Source: Myxococcota bacterium (GTDB lineage Bacteria > Myxococcota_A > UBA9042). From it: DNA of 64,000 bases. Each line of letters starts with the position of its first letter. The stretch's first letter is position 1. Below the pieces are notes generated by a model that was not told where the DNA came from, made no database searches, and saw only the letters and a list, made by a program, of their open reading frames with translations. Location: NCBI GenBank assembly GCA_964201005.1, contig CAXNCS010000007.1:167-64166 (forward strand). The letters are read 5' to 3'. Positions 38,540-46,436 of the stretch are shown here, piece by piece. Position numbers and translations under genes: made by a program.

Positions 38540-39031
38540 CTAGAGCGAGCAGCGCTTGACCCGCCAGTGCTTGTTGTTGGCATAGTCCAAATAAACCGCA
38601 CACGGTGTCGGCAGATCGCGCTCGCGATTCTCCAGGAAGAAGTCGATGCCGTCGTTCTGCATCACCTTAAAGTCGCGCAGGACAAAGCGATTTTGCTCGT
38701 CCAAGTACAGATGCGCTTGGCGGCGAATGCGCGGCCAGCCAAACTGTTGCCAGCCGCGCAAGGCGTTGTTGGTGCGCTCCTGGCTGTGCAACATCTTCTG
38801 AAAGCGCTCCCAGCCCTTCTCGGTGTCGGGATCCTTAGCCGCCATAAGGACTTCGCGGATCACCCACTCGGCAGTCTCGGGCTCAGGATTCTCTACGGTC
38901 ACGCCCAAGAGACGCATCCGCGCCTTGTCGACGGTCTCACACCCCAGCGCTCCGACGACGAGAAGCGCCGCCAGTGCCCAGCGGGCCAGCCTCGTCATCC
39001 CTTTGGAACGCTTGATTTCCTTGCTCTGCAT
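38540..39031 (-). CDS. Hypothetical lipoprotein
   Basis: GGAGG RBS; hydrophobic stretch ending ALGC. Confidence 0.75.
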   Translation of the reverse strand: MQSKEIKRSKGMTRLARWALAALLVVGALGCETVDKARMRLLGVTVENPEPETAEWVIREVLMAAKDPDTEKGWERFQKMLHSQERTNNALRGWQQFGWPRIRRQAHLYLDEQNRFVLRDFKVMQNDGIDFFLENRERDLPTPCAVYLDYANNKHWRVKRCSL

Positions 39032-39222
39032 GTCGGCCTCCCGCGGATTGGCCCCCAGTGTACTCGGCTCCAGCCGATTTGCCCAATCCCTGCCCCTCTC
39101 CGCCGACCGGCAAGCCGCACAAATAGTTGCGCCGGGGGGCCGGCCGGCCGTACGATCAGCGTTCTGCTCGCGCATCAGCCGCGGGTGTCGCGCACAAGCC
39201 CGTGCGCTGGGGGAACTCCTGC

Positions 39223-39762
39223 ATGACTGGCCTGCATCGCTTGGAACGCTCGTCTACCCAACCCGCCGTAGGGCGCGATGTGGAGGCGTGGTGCGCCAAA
39301 TGCGGTCGCGCCATGGAACACACCATTGTGGCCATGGTCGGCATTGAAGTAGTGCAAGTCCGCTGTCGGACCTGCGGTGGTACCCACAAATACAAGACCT
39401 TGCGCGAGGCGGCCCGCTCCACCTCGACCGAACCGCGCAGCTCGTCGCGCTCGGCGGAAGAAGGCGACAGCGAACCGCGGGCGGAAAAGGCCAGCCGCTC
39501 AAGCAGCGCCGCGGCGCGTACCCCCAAGCCCAAGGCGGAGGCGCCAGAAGCGCGCGCTGCCCGGCTGATCTACGCCCGCTTGATGGCCCAGCGCGATCGC
39601 TCCGGGGCCACGGCGTACGCCATTAGCCTGGAGCCCAGCGCCGGGCAACTCTTGGAGCACAAGCAGTTTGGCTACGGCATCGTCGACGAAGTGATGACCG
39701 ACAAAGCGCGCATCCTGTTTGAAGACGGCTATCGCACCCTCATCATCGGCCGCTCGGTCTAA
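39223..39762 (+). CDS. Zinc-ribbon hypothetical protein
   Basis: WCAKC...HTIVAM...VRCRTCGGTH; C-terminal HKQFGYGIV. Confidence 0.75.
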   Translation: MTGLHRLERSSTQPAVGRDVEAWCAKCGRAMEHTIVAMVGIEVVQVRCRTCGGTHKYKTLREAARSTSTEPRSSSRSAEEGDSEPRAEKASRSSSAAARTPKPKAEAPEARAARLIYARLMAQRDRSGATAYAISLEPSAGQLLEHKQFGYGIVDEVMTDKARILFEDGYRTLIIGRSV

Positions 39763-39792
39763 GCCGCCCCGCGGCTGCAGCAGCACTGCCCG

Positions 39793-41838
39793 GTGGCCGC
39801 CTCTCTTCGCTCTGCCCAGGTCTTGCGCACCGCGCTGCTCCGCTTGAGGCCGCCTGGGTCGCTTGTGGTGGTGGCGTCGGCTCTCGCGGCGGCGCTTTGG
39901 CTGTTCCTCGCGCCCAGGCCGCTCCCGCCCCAGCGGATAGAGGTTGCGGAGTTTGACGGGGGGACCTGGCTAGAAGCTCTCGTCCCGCCTGGGGAAATCG
40001 TCAAAGCACCTAGCGGACTGGTGCTGCAAATGCGCAGCGATCCGACCTGCCGGGCCCTGCTGCTCGCGTCCGAGACTGCCCCGGCCGAAGCCCGCCGCTG
40101 CGGCAATCTGGCGTTGATGCCGCCGCAGTCCACAGAGCTGGCATGTCTGGGCTGGTTCGACGGCGCGGCTGAGCAAATTCGCCTACATCACCCGATGTTG
40201 CCCGTGGTTCGCCCAGGCGATGCCCCTGCGCCCGTTGGGGCCGCTGACCGGGCCCTGCTGCTGGCGAGCGCCCTGCTGGTGGGGGCCCTGATCGCCCTCC
40301 TCGGGCTCAGCTTTGGGAGGGGGACCTCCCTAGAACGCCGTATGGCGCTTTGGGTTTTTGCGATTTCCCTGCTGGTCCGCTTGGCCTGGCCCTGGCGCCT
40401 CACCGCGGTGTACTTTGGCTACGAGTGGCTGGCCCAGGCCGCGACCCAGGATTCGCTGCCGCGCTACGGTCCCGGATCAACGGCGCTGTGGGGCATGGTG
40501 CTTGGGCCCGTGGGCGATCACCGCGCGGTGCTGGCTCTGCAGGGCTTGGTGGGGGCGGTGACCTGCAGCGTGGCCGCCGTGGCGCTGCGACGGGCCGGTG
40601 CGCTGCCGACCGCCGGTTGGGCCGCCGGGCTGGGGCTGGCGCTGACCCCAGTGGTGCTGCGCGACCACACCAGCGAGTCGATGCACGTGCCGGCGCTGTT
40701 AGGGATGACAGCGGCCCTGTGGGCAGGCGCGGAGCTGGGCCGGAAAGAGTCTAGGCTTTTTAGCGCTTTGCTGCTGGTCGCTGTGGCCTTTGCCGCCCTG
40801 TGCCGCTTTGACGTCGGGCCGCTGGCTTTGGCCGGTTCGCTGGGGATGGCGTGGATCTCGCGCGGCAGCCAAACGGAGAAAATCGCTTGGCGCGCCGTGG
40901 TTTACAAGTGGGTCCCCCCAGCTCTTGTGGTCGCGCTGACGCTCATCCGCGGTCTGGGCCAGGCCGAGCGCGATCTCGCCCGCGGCAACCTGCCGCAGCT
41001 GGCTGAGGCCCTGCAGTGGCTGCCTCAGCGCCTGACGACCGACGTGTTGCTCTGGCGCGGCGACTGGCTGCCTCTGGGCTGGTGGTTGGGGCCGCTCGCC
41101 TGGCTGGCTTGGGGCAAGGCCACGGGCCAACGGCACCATCGCTGGCTGGGGCTTCTCCCCCTGGCGTTTCTCGCGGTTTTGCCCAGTTGGCTCGACTACA
41201 ATGAGACCTCACTGCCTCGCCTCCAGCAACCAGCCGCGCTGTTGGCGGTCCTGGCGAGCGCAGCGCTGGGCGCTCAGGTGCACGCTCAAGCCGCGGGCCA
41301 GCGCTGGCTGGGGCCTTTGGCGGTCGCCATCATCGGCCTCACCGCACTGCCCACCTTGGAGACCTGCCTGCGCCAGACCAATGCCCACTTGGAAGACCAG
41401 CTTTTGCACCGCGCAGCCGCCGATCTGAAGCGCCTGGTGCCCGCCGATGCCCCAGCTTGGCTGGCGGTGCGCTCGTACGCCGATGGCGATACCTCCGGTC
41501 TCCACCTCCATCAGCCCACGTGGCTGTTTGGCGCGGTGCGGCTGACCTCCGTGTCGGCGCTGCAAGAGGCCGTCCACCAGGGCCAGTTTCCGGACCAGCC
41601 TGTGTATTTTCTCAGGTCTGTGCGCTGCTATGCCGCCCCTCGGCGCGGGCCGCATCCCGGTGAGCTGCCGGCCTGCCGCGACCTGGCGACGCGTCCCGGC
41701 ACCCAGGTCATCTGGCAAGAGTCCATTAAAAACCTAGGTGATACTGAGACGTTTGATTGGTATGGCAGAGAGCCGCAGCTGGTCGTGGGGCTCTATCGCG
41801 TGGCCTCGCCTTTGCAGGCTTCACTGCCGCCGCCCTAG
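39793..41838 (+). CDS. Polytopic membrane protein, GT-C (ArnT/PMT-like) glycosyltransferase-like
   Basis: More than 10 TM segments; ALTPVVLRDHTSESMHVP loop; periplasmic C-terminal domain. Confidence 0.6.
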   Translation: MAASLRSAQVLRTALLRLRPPGSLVVVASALAAALWLFLAPRPLPPQRIEVAEFDGGTWLEALVPPGEIVKAPSGLVLQMRSDPTCRALLLASETAPAEARRCGNLALMPPQSTELACLGWFDGAAEQIRLHHPMLPVVRPGDAPAPVGAADRALLLASALLVGALIALLGLSFGRGTSLERRMALWVFAISLLVRLAWPWRLTAVYFGYEWLAQAATQDSLPRYGPGSTALWGMVLGPVGDHRAVLALQGLVGAVTCSVAAVALRRAGALPTAGWAAGLGLALTPVVLRDHTSESMHVPALLGMTAALWAGAELGRKESRLFSALLLVAVAFAALCRFDVGPLALAGSLGMAWISRGSQTEKIAWRAVVYKWVPPALVVALTLIRGLGQAERDLARGNLPQLAEALQWLPQRLTTDVLLWRGDWLPLGWWLGPLAWLAWGKATGQRHHRWLGLLPLAFLAVLPSWLDYNETSLPRLQQPAALLAVLASAALGAQVHAQAAGQRWLGPLAVAIIGLTALPTLETCLRQTNAHLEDQLLHRAAADLKRLVPADAPAWLAVRSYADGDTSGLHLHQPTWLFGAVRLTSVSALQEAVHQGQFPDQPVYFLRSVRCYAAPRRGPHPGELPACRDLATRPGTQVIWQESIKNLGDTETFDWYGREPQLVVGLYRVASPLQASLPPP

Positions 41839-41977
41839 GCCTTGGCGCCGCGCATGTCGTCCCGGCCGTCGCCCTCCGCGCCGTTCGGCTAGCGGTTCAG
41901 GCTTTGATTGGCCGCGGTTTTCCCTTATGGTACGGCGTGGCTCGGCGCCCATCGGCCAGACCCCCACCAGGAGCACT

Positions 41978-44227
41978 ATGGACAGCGGCGACCCACGCCT
42001 TATCAGCTACAGCGTGCTGGCCGTGGTGGTCGTCGGCGGGACGTGGGCTATCCGCGCGATGATGCGGCGTTTTGCCGAGCAACAGCGCGAAAAAGAGGGC
42101 ATGGCCACGCCGCTCGAGAAGGCCATTGCCGCGGGCGATACCGAAACTGCGATCCGCCTGGCCACAGAAGCGAGTCAGTGGGACGTCGCCGCCGACCTGA
42201 TGCTGCAGATCGGCAAGCGCGCCGAGGCTGCCCGGGCGCTGCGCTCCGCCCAGCAGTGGGAGCGCGCGGGGCTGCTGTTTGAGGAGCTCAAAGACCACGG
42301 AGCGGCGATCCAGTGTTTTAAGCGCTCGGGCAATAAGCGCGCGCTTCTGCGCAATTTGACGGCGCAGCAAGACTGGACGGGCGCGTCCGATCTCGCCGAG
42401 CAAGAAGGCGATCTCTTGGGTGCCGCGGAGCTGGCCCGGCGGGGTCGGCTGGACCAGCGCGCCGTGGCGTTGCTCAAGCGTGCAGGAAAAACCAAAGAAG
42501 CCGCGTTATTGCACGGCAGTCTCCTTGAAGAGGCCGGGTCCTGGGCAGAGGCCGCGCAGCATTGGCAGGGGCTGACGGAGTGGGGCCGTGCCGCCCAGGC
42601 TTATGAACGGGCGGGTGATCTGCTGGCCGCCGCCGCCATGCTGGTCCGCGATGGGCGCCCGGAGCCCGCCGCCGAACTCTATGCTCAGCAGGGGGCCTTC
42701 CTAGAAGCCGCTGAAATCTATGAGCAATTGTGCGCATACCGCAAAGCCGCTCTGCACTATCAGCGGGGCGGCGATGTCGAGCGGGCCATCGGCGCCCTGG
42801 GGCTGGAGGGCGACAAGCTGGCGGTTGTCAAAATGCGCATGGCCCTGGGCCACCGCGATGAGGCGTTGCGCGTGGCGCAGGCTGCGTCGGTCGGTGAGCC
42901 CGCGTATATCGAATTGGCCAAGCTGGCCGTACAGATGCTGTTGGAGCGCGGCGATCACAGCGCTGCCGGCCGGGTGCTGGCGAGCCTGCTGCAAGCGCCG
43001 CTCACCCCTGACGATCGCCACCTGCTCGGCGTGCAGTGCATCGATACGTTGATCGCCGCGGGCGAGGGCAGCCGGGCGCGGCAGATCTGGGAGCGTTTGC
43101 GCCTCAGTGAGCCCAGTGGCACGCCGCTCGCCCACTACCTCAGCGCGATCGAGCCGAGCCTGCCGCTGCCGCCGTCTTCGCCCCTCTCCGTCGATCGCTC
43201 CGGCCATACGCAGGCTCACGTTTTTGGCGCGACGGGCCTGCAGAATCCCAGCCACTTGCAGGGGTTGAGCATTCGCAGTGAGCCGCTGCGCCAGGACCCT
43301 GGCCTGGATACCAGCCGCAAGAGCGCCGGCGGGTCAGCTGCCCAGGAGGCCACCTACGCGCCGCTGGACAGCACGATCACCATCCCAGGTGATGGCGACG
43401 CCGGCGACTGGCCCAGCGGCGTTCCCGCGGCCCTGGCAACGCGTTACGGCGACCTCAGCCGGCTAGGGCAGGGCGGCAACGGCGTGGTTTTCAAGGCCAC
43501 GGACAAGCTCCTGGGCCGCACCGTGGTGCTCAAGTTCATGCTCGAGGGCACCATGCCGTCGGACATGGCGCGCAAGTACTTCTTGCGTGAGGTCAAGCTG
43601 GCGGCGAACCTCAACCACCCCAATATCGTACACATTTACGACATGGGTGAGACCGACGGCGCGCTCTGGTACGCCATGGAATTTGTCGACGGCAAAGCGC
43701 TGACGGCCTTTCTCCAGATCGGCCACCCCGTAGAGGACACGGCGTGGCTGCTGCACGTGCTGGAGCAGTTGTGCGCCGCCTTGGATCACGCCCACCAGGC
43801 CGGGTTGATCCACCGCGATATCAAGCCGGACAATGTGCTTGTTTCTGCAGACGGTTCTGTAAAGCTTCTGGATTTTGGCCTGGCCCGCGGTCGAGGCGAA
43901 GGCTTTGGCGAACTCAGCGTGCTCGCCGGGACGCCGTTCTACATGGCCCCAGAGCAGCTCGACGGCTCTACCGTGGACCACCGCGCCGATATCTACGCCC
44001 TGGGCGTGGTGCTGTTCCGCATGCTGACCGGCCAGCTGCCCTTCACGGAGGGCAACGTCTTCATTTCTCACGCGATTGAGCCGGTGCCGGACCTGCGCCG
44101 CTTCAACCCCAAAGTGCCGCAGGCGGCCGCAGAAGTGGTCTATAAGGCCATGGCCAAGAAGGCCGCCGATCGCTTTTCGTCGTGCCGGCCCGTGTTTGAG
44201 GCGGTGCGGGCCGCGCTGCTGTCCTAG
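41978..44227 (+). CDS. Ser/Thr protein kinase with an N-terminal TM anchor and TPR/clathrin-like repeats
   Basis: AGGAG RBS; LGQGGNGVVF; VVLK; HRDIKPDN; DFGLA; GTPFYMAPE; repeated AA..YE.AG motifs. Confidence 0.92.
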   Translation: MDSGDPRLISYSVLAVVVVGGTWAIRAMMRRFAEQQREKEGMATPLEKAIAAGDTETAIRLATEASQWDVAADLMLQIGKRAEAARALRSAQQWERAGLLFEELKDHGAAIQCFKRSGNKRALLRNLTAQQDWTGASDLAEQEGDLLGAAELARRGRLDQRAVALLKRAGKTKEAALLHGSLLEEAGSWAEAAQHWQGLTEWGRAAQAYERAGDLLAAAAMLVRDGRPEPAAELYAQQGAFLEAAEIYEQLCAYRKAALHYQRGGDVERAIGALGLEGDKLAVVKMRMALGHRDEALRVAQAASVGEPAYIELAKLAVQMLLERGDHSAAGRVLASLLQAPLTPDDRHLLGVQCIDTLIAAGEGSRARQIWERLRLSEPSGTPLAHYLSAIEPSLPLPPSSPLSVDRSGHTQAHVFGATGLQNPSHLQGLSIRSEPLRQDPGLDTSRKSAGGSAAQEATYAPLDSTITIPGDGDAGDWPSGVPAALATRYGDLSRLGQGGNGVVFKATDKLLGRTVVLKFMLEGTMPSDMARKYFLREVKLAANLNHPNIVHIYDMGETDGALWYAMEFVDGKALTAFLQIGHPVEDTAWLLHVLEQLCAALDHAHQAGLIHRDIKPDNVLVSADGSVKLLDFGLARGRGEGFGELSVLAGTPFYMAPEQLDGSTVDHRADIYALGVVLFRMLTGQLPFTEGNVFISHAIEPVPDLRRFNPKVPQAAAEVVYKAMAKKAADRFSSCRPVFEAVRAALLS

Positions 44228-44343
44228 GCCGCCGCCAGAATCTTTGCCCGGGTCTTGCGTCCCCTGCGCATTCCACGTACACTCCCGCCCCGCGCTGCTC
44301 TTCCAGGGGCAGCGCATCTAGGTCGCCCGCGCGGCGACCGGAT

Positions 44344-44417
44344 CGGGGTGTAGCGCAGCCTGGTAGCGCACCAGACTGGGGGTCTGGTGGTCGCCGGTTC
44401 AAATCCGGTCGCCCCGA
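44344..44417 (+). tRNA. tRNA-Pro(GGG)
   Basis: Acceptor stem CGGGGTG/CGCCCCG; D-arm TAGCGCAGCCTGGTAGCGCA; anticodon stem CCAGA/TCTGG with GGG at 44378-44380; GGTTCAAATCC T-loop. CCA is not encoded. Confidence 0.96.
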
Positions 44418-44422
44418 CGATG

Positions 44423-44466
44423 CAACGCCGCCCTCGGACAGCCGACGGCGGCGTTGTTTGTTTTTC
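44423..44466 (+). terminator. Rho-independent terminator after tRNA-Pro
   Basis: CAACGCCGCC...GGCGGCGTTG stem followed by TTTGTTTTT. Confidence 0.8.
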
Positions 44467-44600
44467 GCCAGGTTTTTCCGGATTCTTGAGGCCTGACCCG
44501 GATTTCGCGGGCCGTAGCCGGATTGCCTTTGTCCCGCCGGGCCGCTGGACTGCCGCCCGGTGTTCGGTTCGCCTTGCTGCGGGCCGACGGAGTGTCTGCC

Positions 44601-46412
44601 ATGTCGCCGTCCACCCCAGCCCCGCAGGCTGATGCCGCCGATCCGCAGGTTCTGGAGAGCCAGGACCCCCTGCGCGGCACGCCGTTAGAGCGCAACAGCC
44701 TGATGGCCCAGCGCCTCGCCAAGGTCGCCGGTCTGCGCGATAGCGGTGAGCCCGCGTACCCCAACGATTTTTCACCGACCCACACTGCTGCCGACGCCCT
44801 GCGGTGGTTTGGCGCGGCGCCCGAGCGGCTGCAGGCCTTTGTCGCCGTCGAGCTGGGCGCGCCCCTCGACCAGGAGCGCCTTCCGCCAGCCCAGGCCCCG
44901 GTGGTGCCGTCGCCCGCCGTGCGCATGGCTGGCCGGGTCCTGGCGATCAACGTCAAGGGCAAGGTGGCGTTTCTGCGCGTTCAGGATCGCTCATCGGTCG
45001 AGGTCGCCGGCCTGCGTCAGGCAGAGAATGCCGCGCGCCTGGCCGCGGGTCTCCCGGAGCGCGACGCCGAAGCAGTTACTTTTCAGTTCTATTTCAGCCG
45101 CGAAGACGACGCCGAGACCTTTGACCGGCTGTTTAAGGGCAGCCCGGATGGCGCTTGGGAAGGCCCGCTGCTGGACGTCGGCGATATCGTCGGCGGCGAG
45201 GGGCTGTTCTTCCGCACCCGCACTGCCGAGCCGAGCCTGTGGCTCAAGCGCTTCCACGGCCGTCCCGCGCTTCGGCTCTTGACCAAGGCCATCCGGCCGC
45301 TGCCAGAGAAATTCCACGGCCTCTCTGACAAAGAGACCCGCCACCGCCAGCGCTACGTGGACCTAACGGTCAACCCGGATGTGCGCCAGGTATTCTTTAA
45401 GCGCAGTCAGATTTTGCGCGGCCTGCGCGGCTTTTTGGACGACCGCGGCTATGTCGAAGTCGAAACGCCGATGATGCACAGCATTTTGGGCGGTGCCGCG
45501 GCCCGGCCGTTCCGCACCCACCACAACGCCTTGGACATGCCGCTGTTTTTGCGCATCGCCCCGGAGCTGCACCTCAAGCGCCTGGTCGTCGGCGGCATCG
45601 AGCGGGTCTACGAAATCAACCGCAATTTCCGCAATGAAGGCCTGAGCCAGCGCCACAATCCAGAATTCACCATGCTCGAATTCTACCGCGCTTATGCGAC
45701 CCACGCCGATCTGATGGACGAAGTCGAGGCGATGATCCGCGCTTTGGCCCAGCAGGTCTGCGGCAGCACCCAGGTGCCGTGGGGGCTAAACGACGACGGT
45801 ACGCCGCGCATCATCGATCTGGGCAAGCCGTTTGCCCGCGTGGCCATCCGCGACGGCCTGCAGACCTGGGCCGGGGTGCCGGCAGACAAGCTCGACGACG
45901 AGGCCTTCCTCCGCGCCAAGGCTAAGGAATTGGCCGTGCACCTGGACGACCACGCCCGCCTGGGCAAGGTCCAGACCGAGCTGTTTGAGGCGGTCGCCGA
46001 GCCGCACCTGGTGCAGCCGACCTTTGTGATCGACTATCCGGCCGAGGTCTCGCCGCTGGCCCGGCGCAATGACGCCCAGCCCCAGCTCGTCGATCGCTTT
46101 GAGCTCTACATCGGCAAGATTGAGATCTCCAACGCCTTTTCTGAGCTGAACGATCCGGTGGATCAATACCAGCGCTTTGAGGCGCAGCTGGCCGACCGCG
46201 CCCGCGGCGATGAAGAGACCATGGACATGGACTACGACTATGTCCGCGCTCTGGAATACGGCATGCCGCCGGCGGCTGGGTGCGGCATCGGCGTCGATCG
46301 CCTGACCATGCTGCTGACCAACCAGGACAGCATCCGCGAAGTGATCCTGTTCCCCCATCTGCGCCCGGAATCGCCGGTCCAGCGCAGCAGCGACGAGACC
46401 ACGCCAGGCTGA
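44601..46412 (+). CDS. lysS: Lysine--tRNA ligase (class II)
   Basis: PLPEKFHGL; RQRYVDL; GGAAARPF; FRNEG; HNPEFTMLEFY; EYGMPPAAGCGIGVDRL. Confidence 0.97.
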   Translation: MSPSTPAPQADAADPQVLESQDPLRGTPLERNSLMAQRLAKVAGLRDSGEPAYPNDFSPTHTAADALRWFGAAPERLQAFVAVELGAPLDQERLPPAQAPVVPSPAVRMAGRVLAINVKGKVAFLRVQDRSSVEVAGLRQAENAARLAAGLPERDAEAVTFQFYFSREDDAETFDRLFKGSPDGAWEGPLLDVGDIVGGEGLFFRTRTAEPSLWLKRFHGRPALRLLTKAIRPLPEKFHGLSDKETRHRQRYVDLTVNPDVRQVFFKRSQILRGLRGFLDDRGYVEVETPMMHSILGGAAARPFRTHHNALDMPLFLRIAPELHLKRLVVGGIERVYEINRNFRNEGLSQRHNPEFTMLEFYRAYATHADLMDEVEAMIRALAQQVCGSTQVPWGLNDDGTPRIIDLGKPFARVAIRDGLQTWAGVPADKLDDEAFLRAKAKELAVHLDDHARLGKVQTELFEAVAEPHLVQPTFVIDYPAEVSPLARRNDAQPQLVDRFELYIGKIEISNAFSELNDPVDQYQRFEAQLADRARGDEETMDMDYDYVRALEYGMPPAAGCGIGVDRLTMLLTNQDSIREVILFPHLRPESPVQRSSDETTPG

Positions 46413-46436
46413 TCCTCGATCAACGCCGGAGTCCGC

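Noticed and set aside
44344-44466. tRNA-Pro as an island integration site
   Set aside because: No integrase or duplicated tRNA 3' end seen; flanked by core genes.
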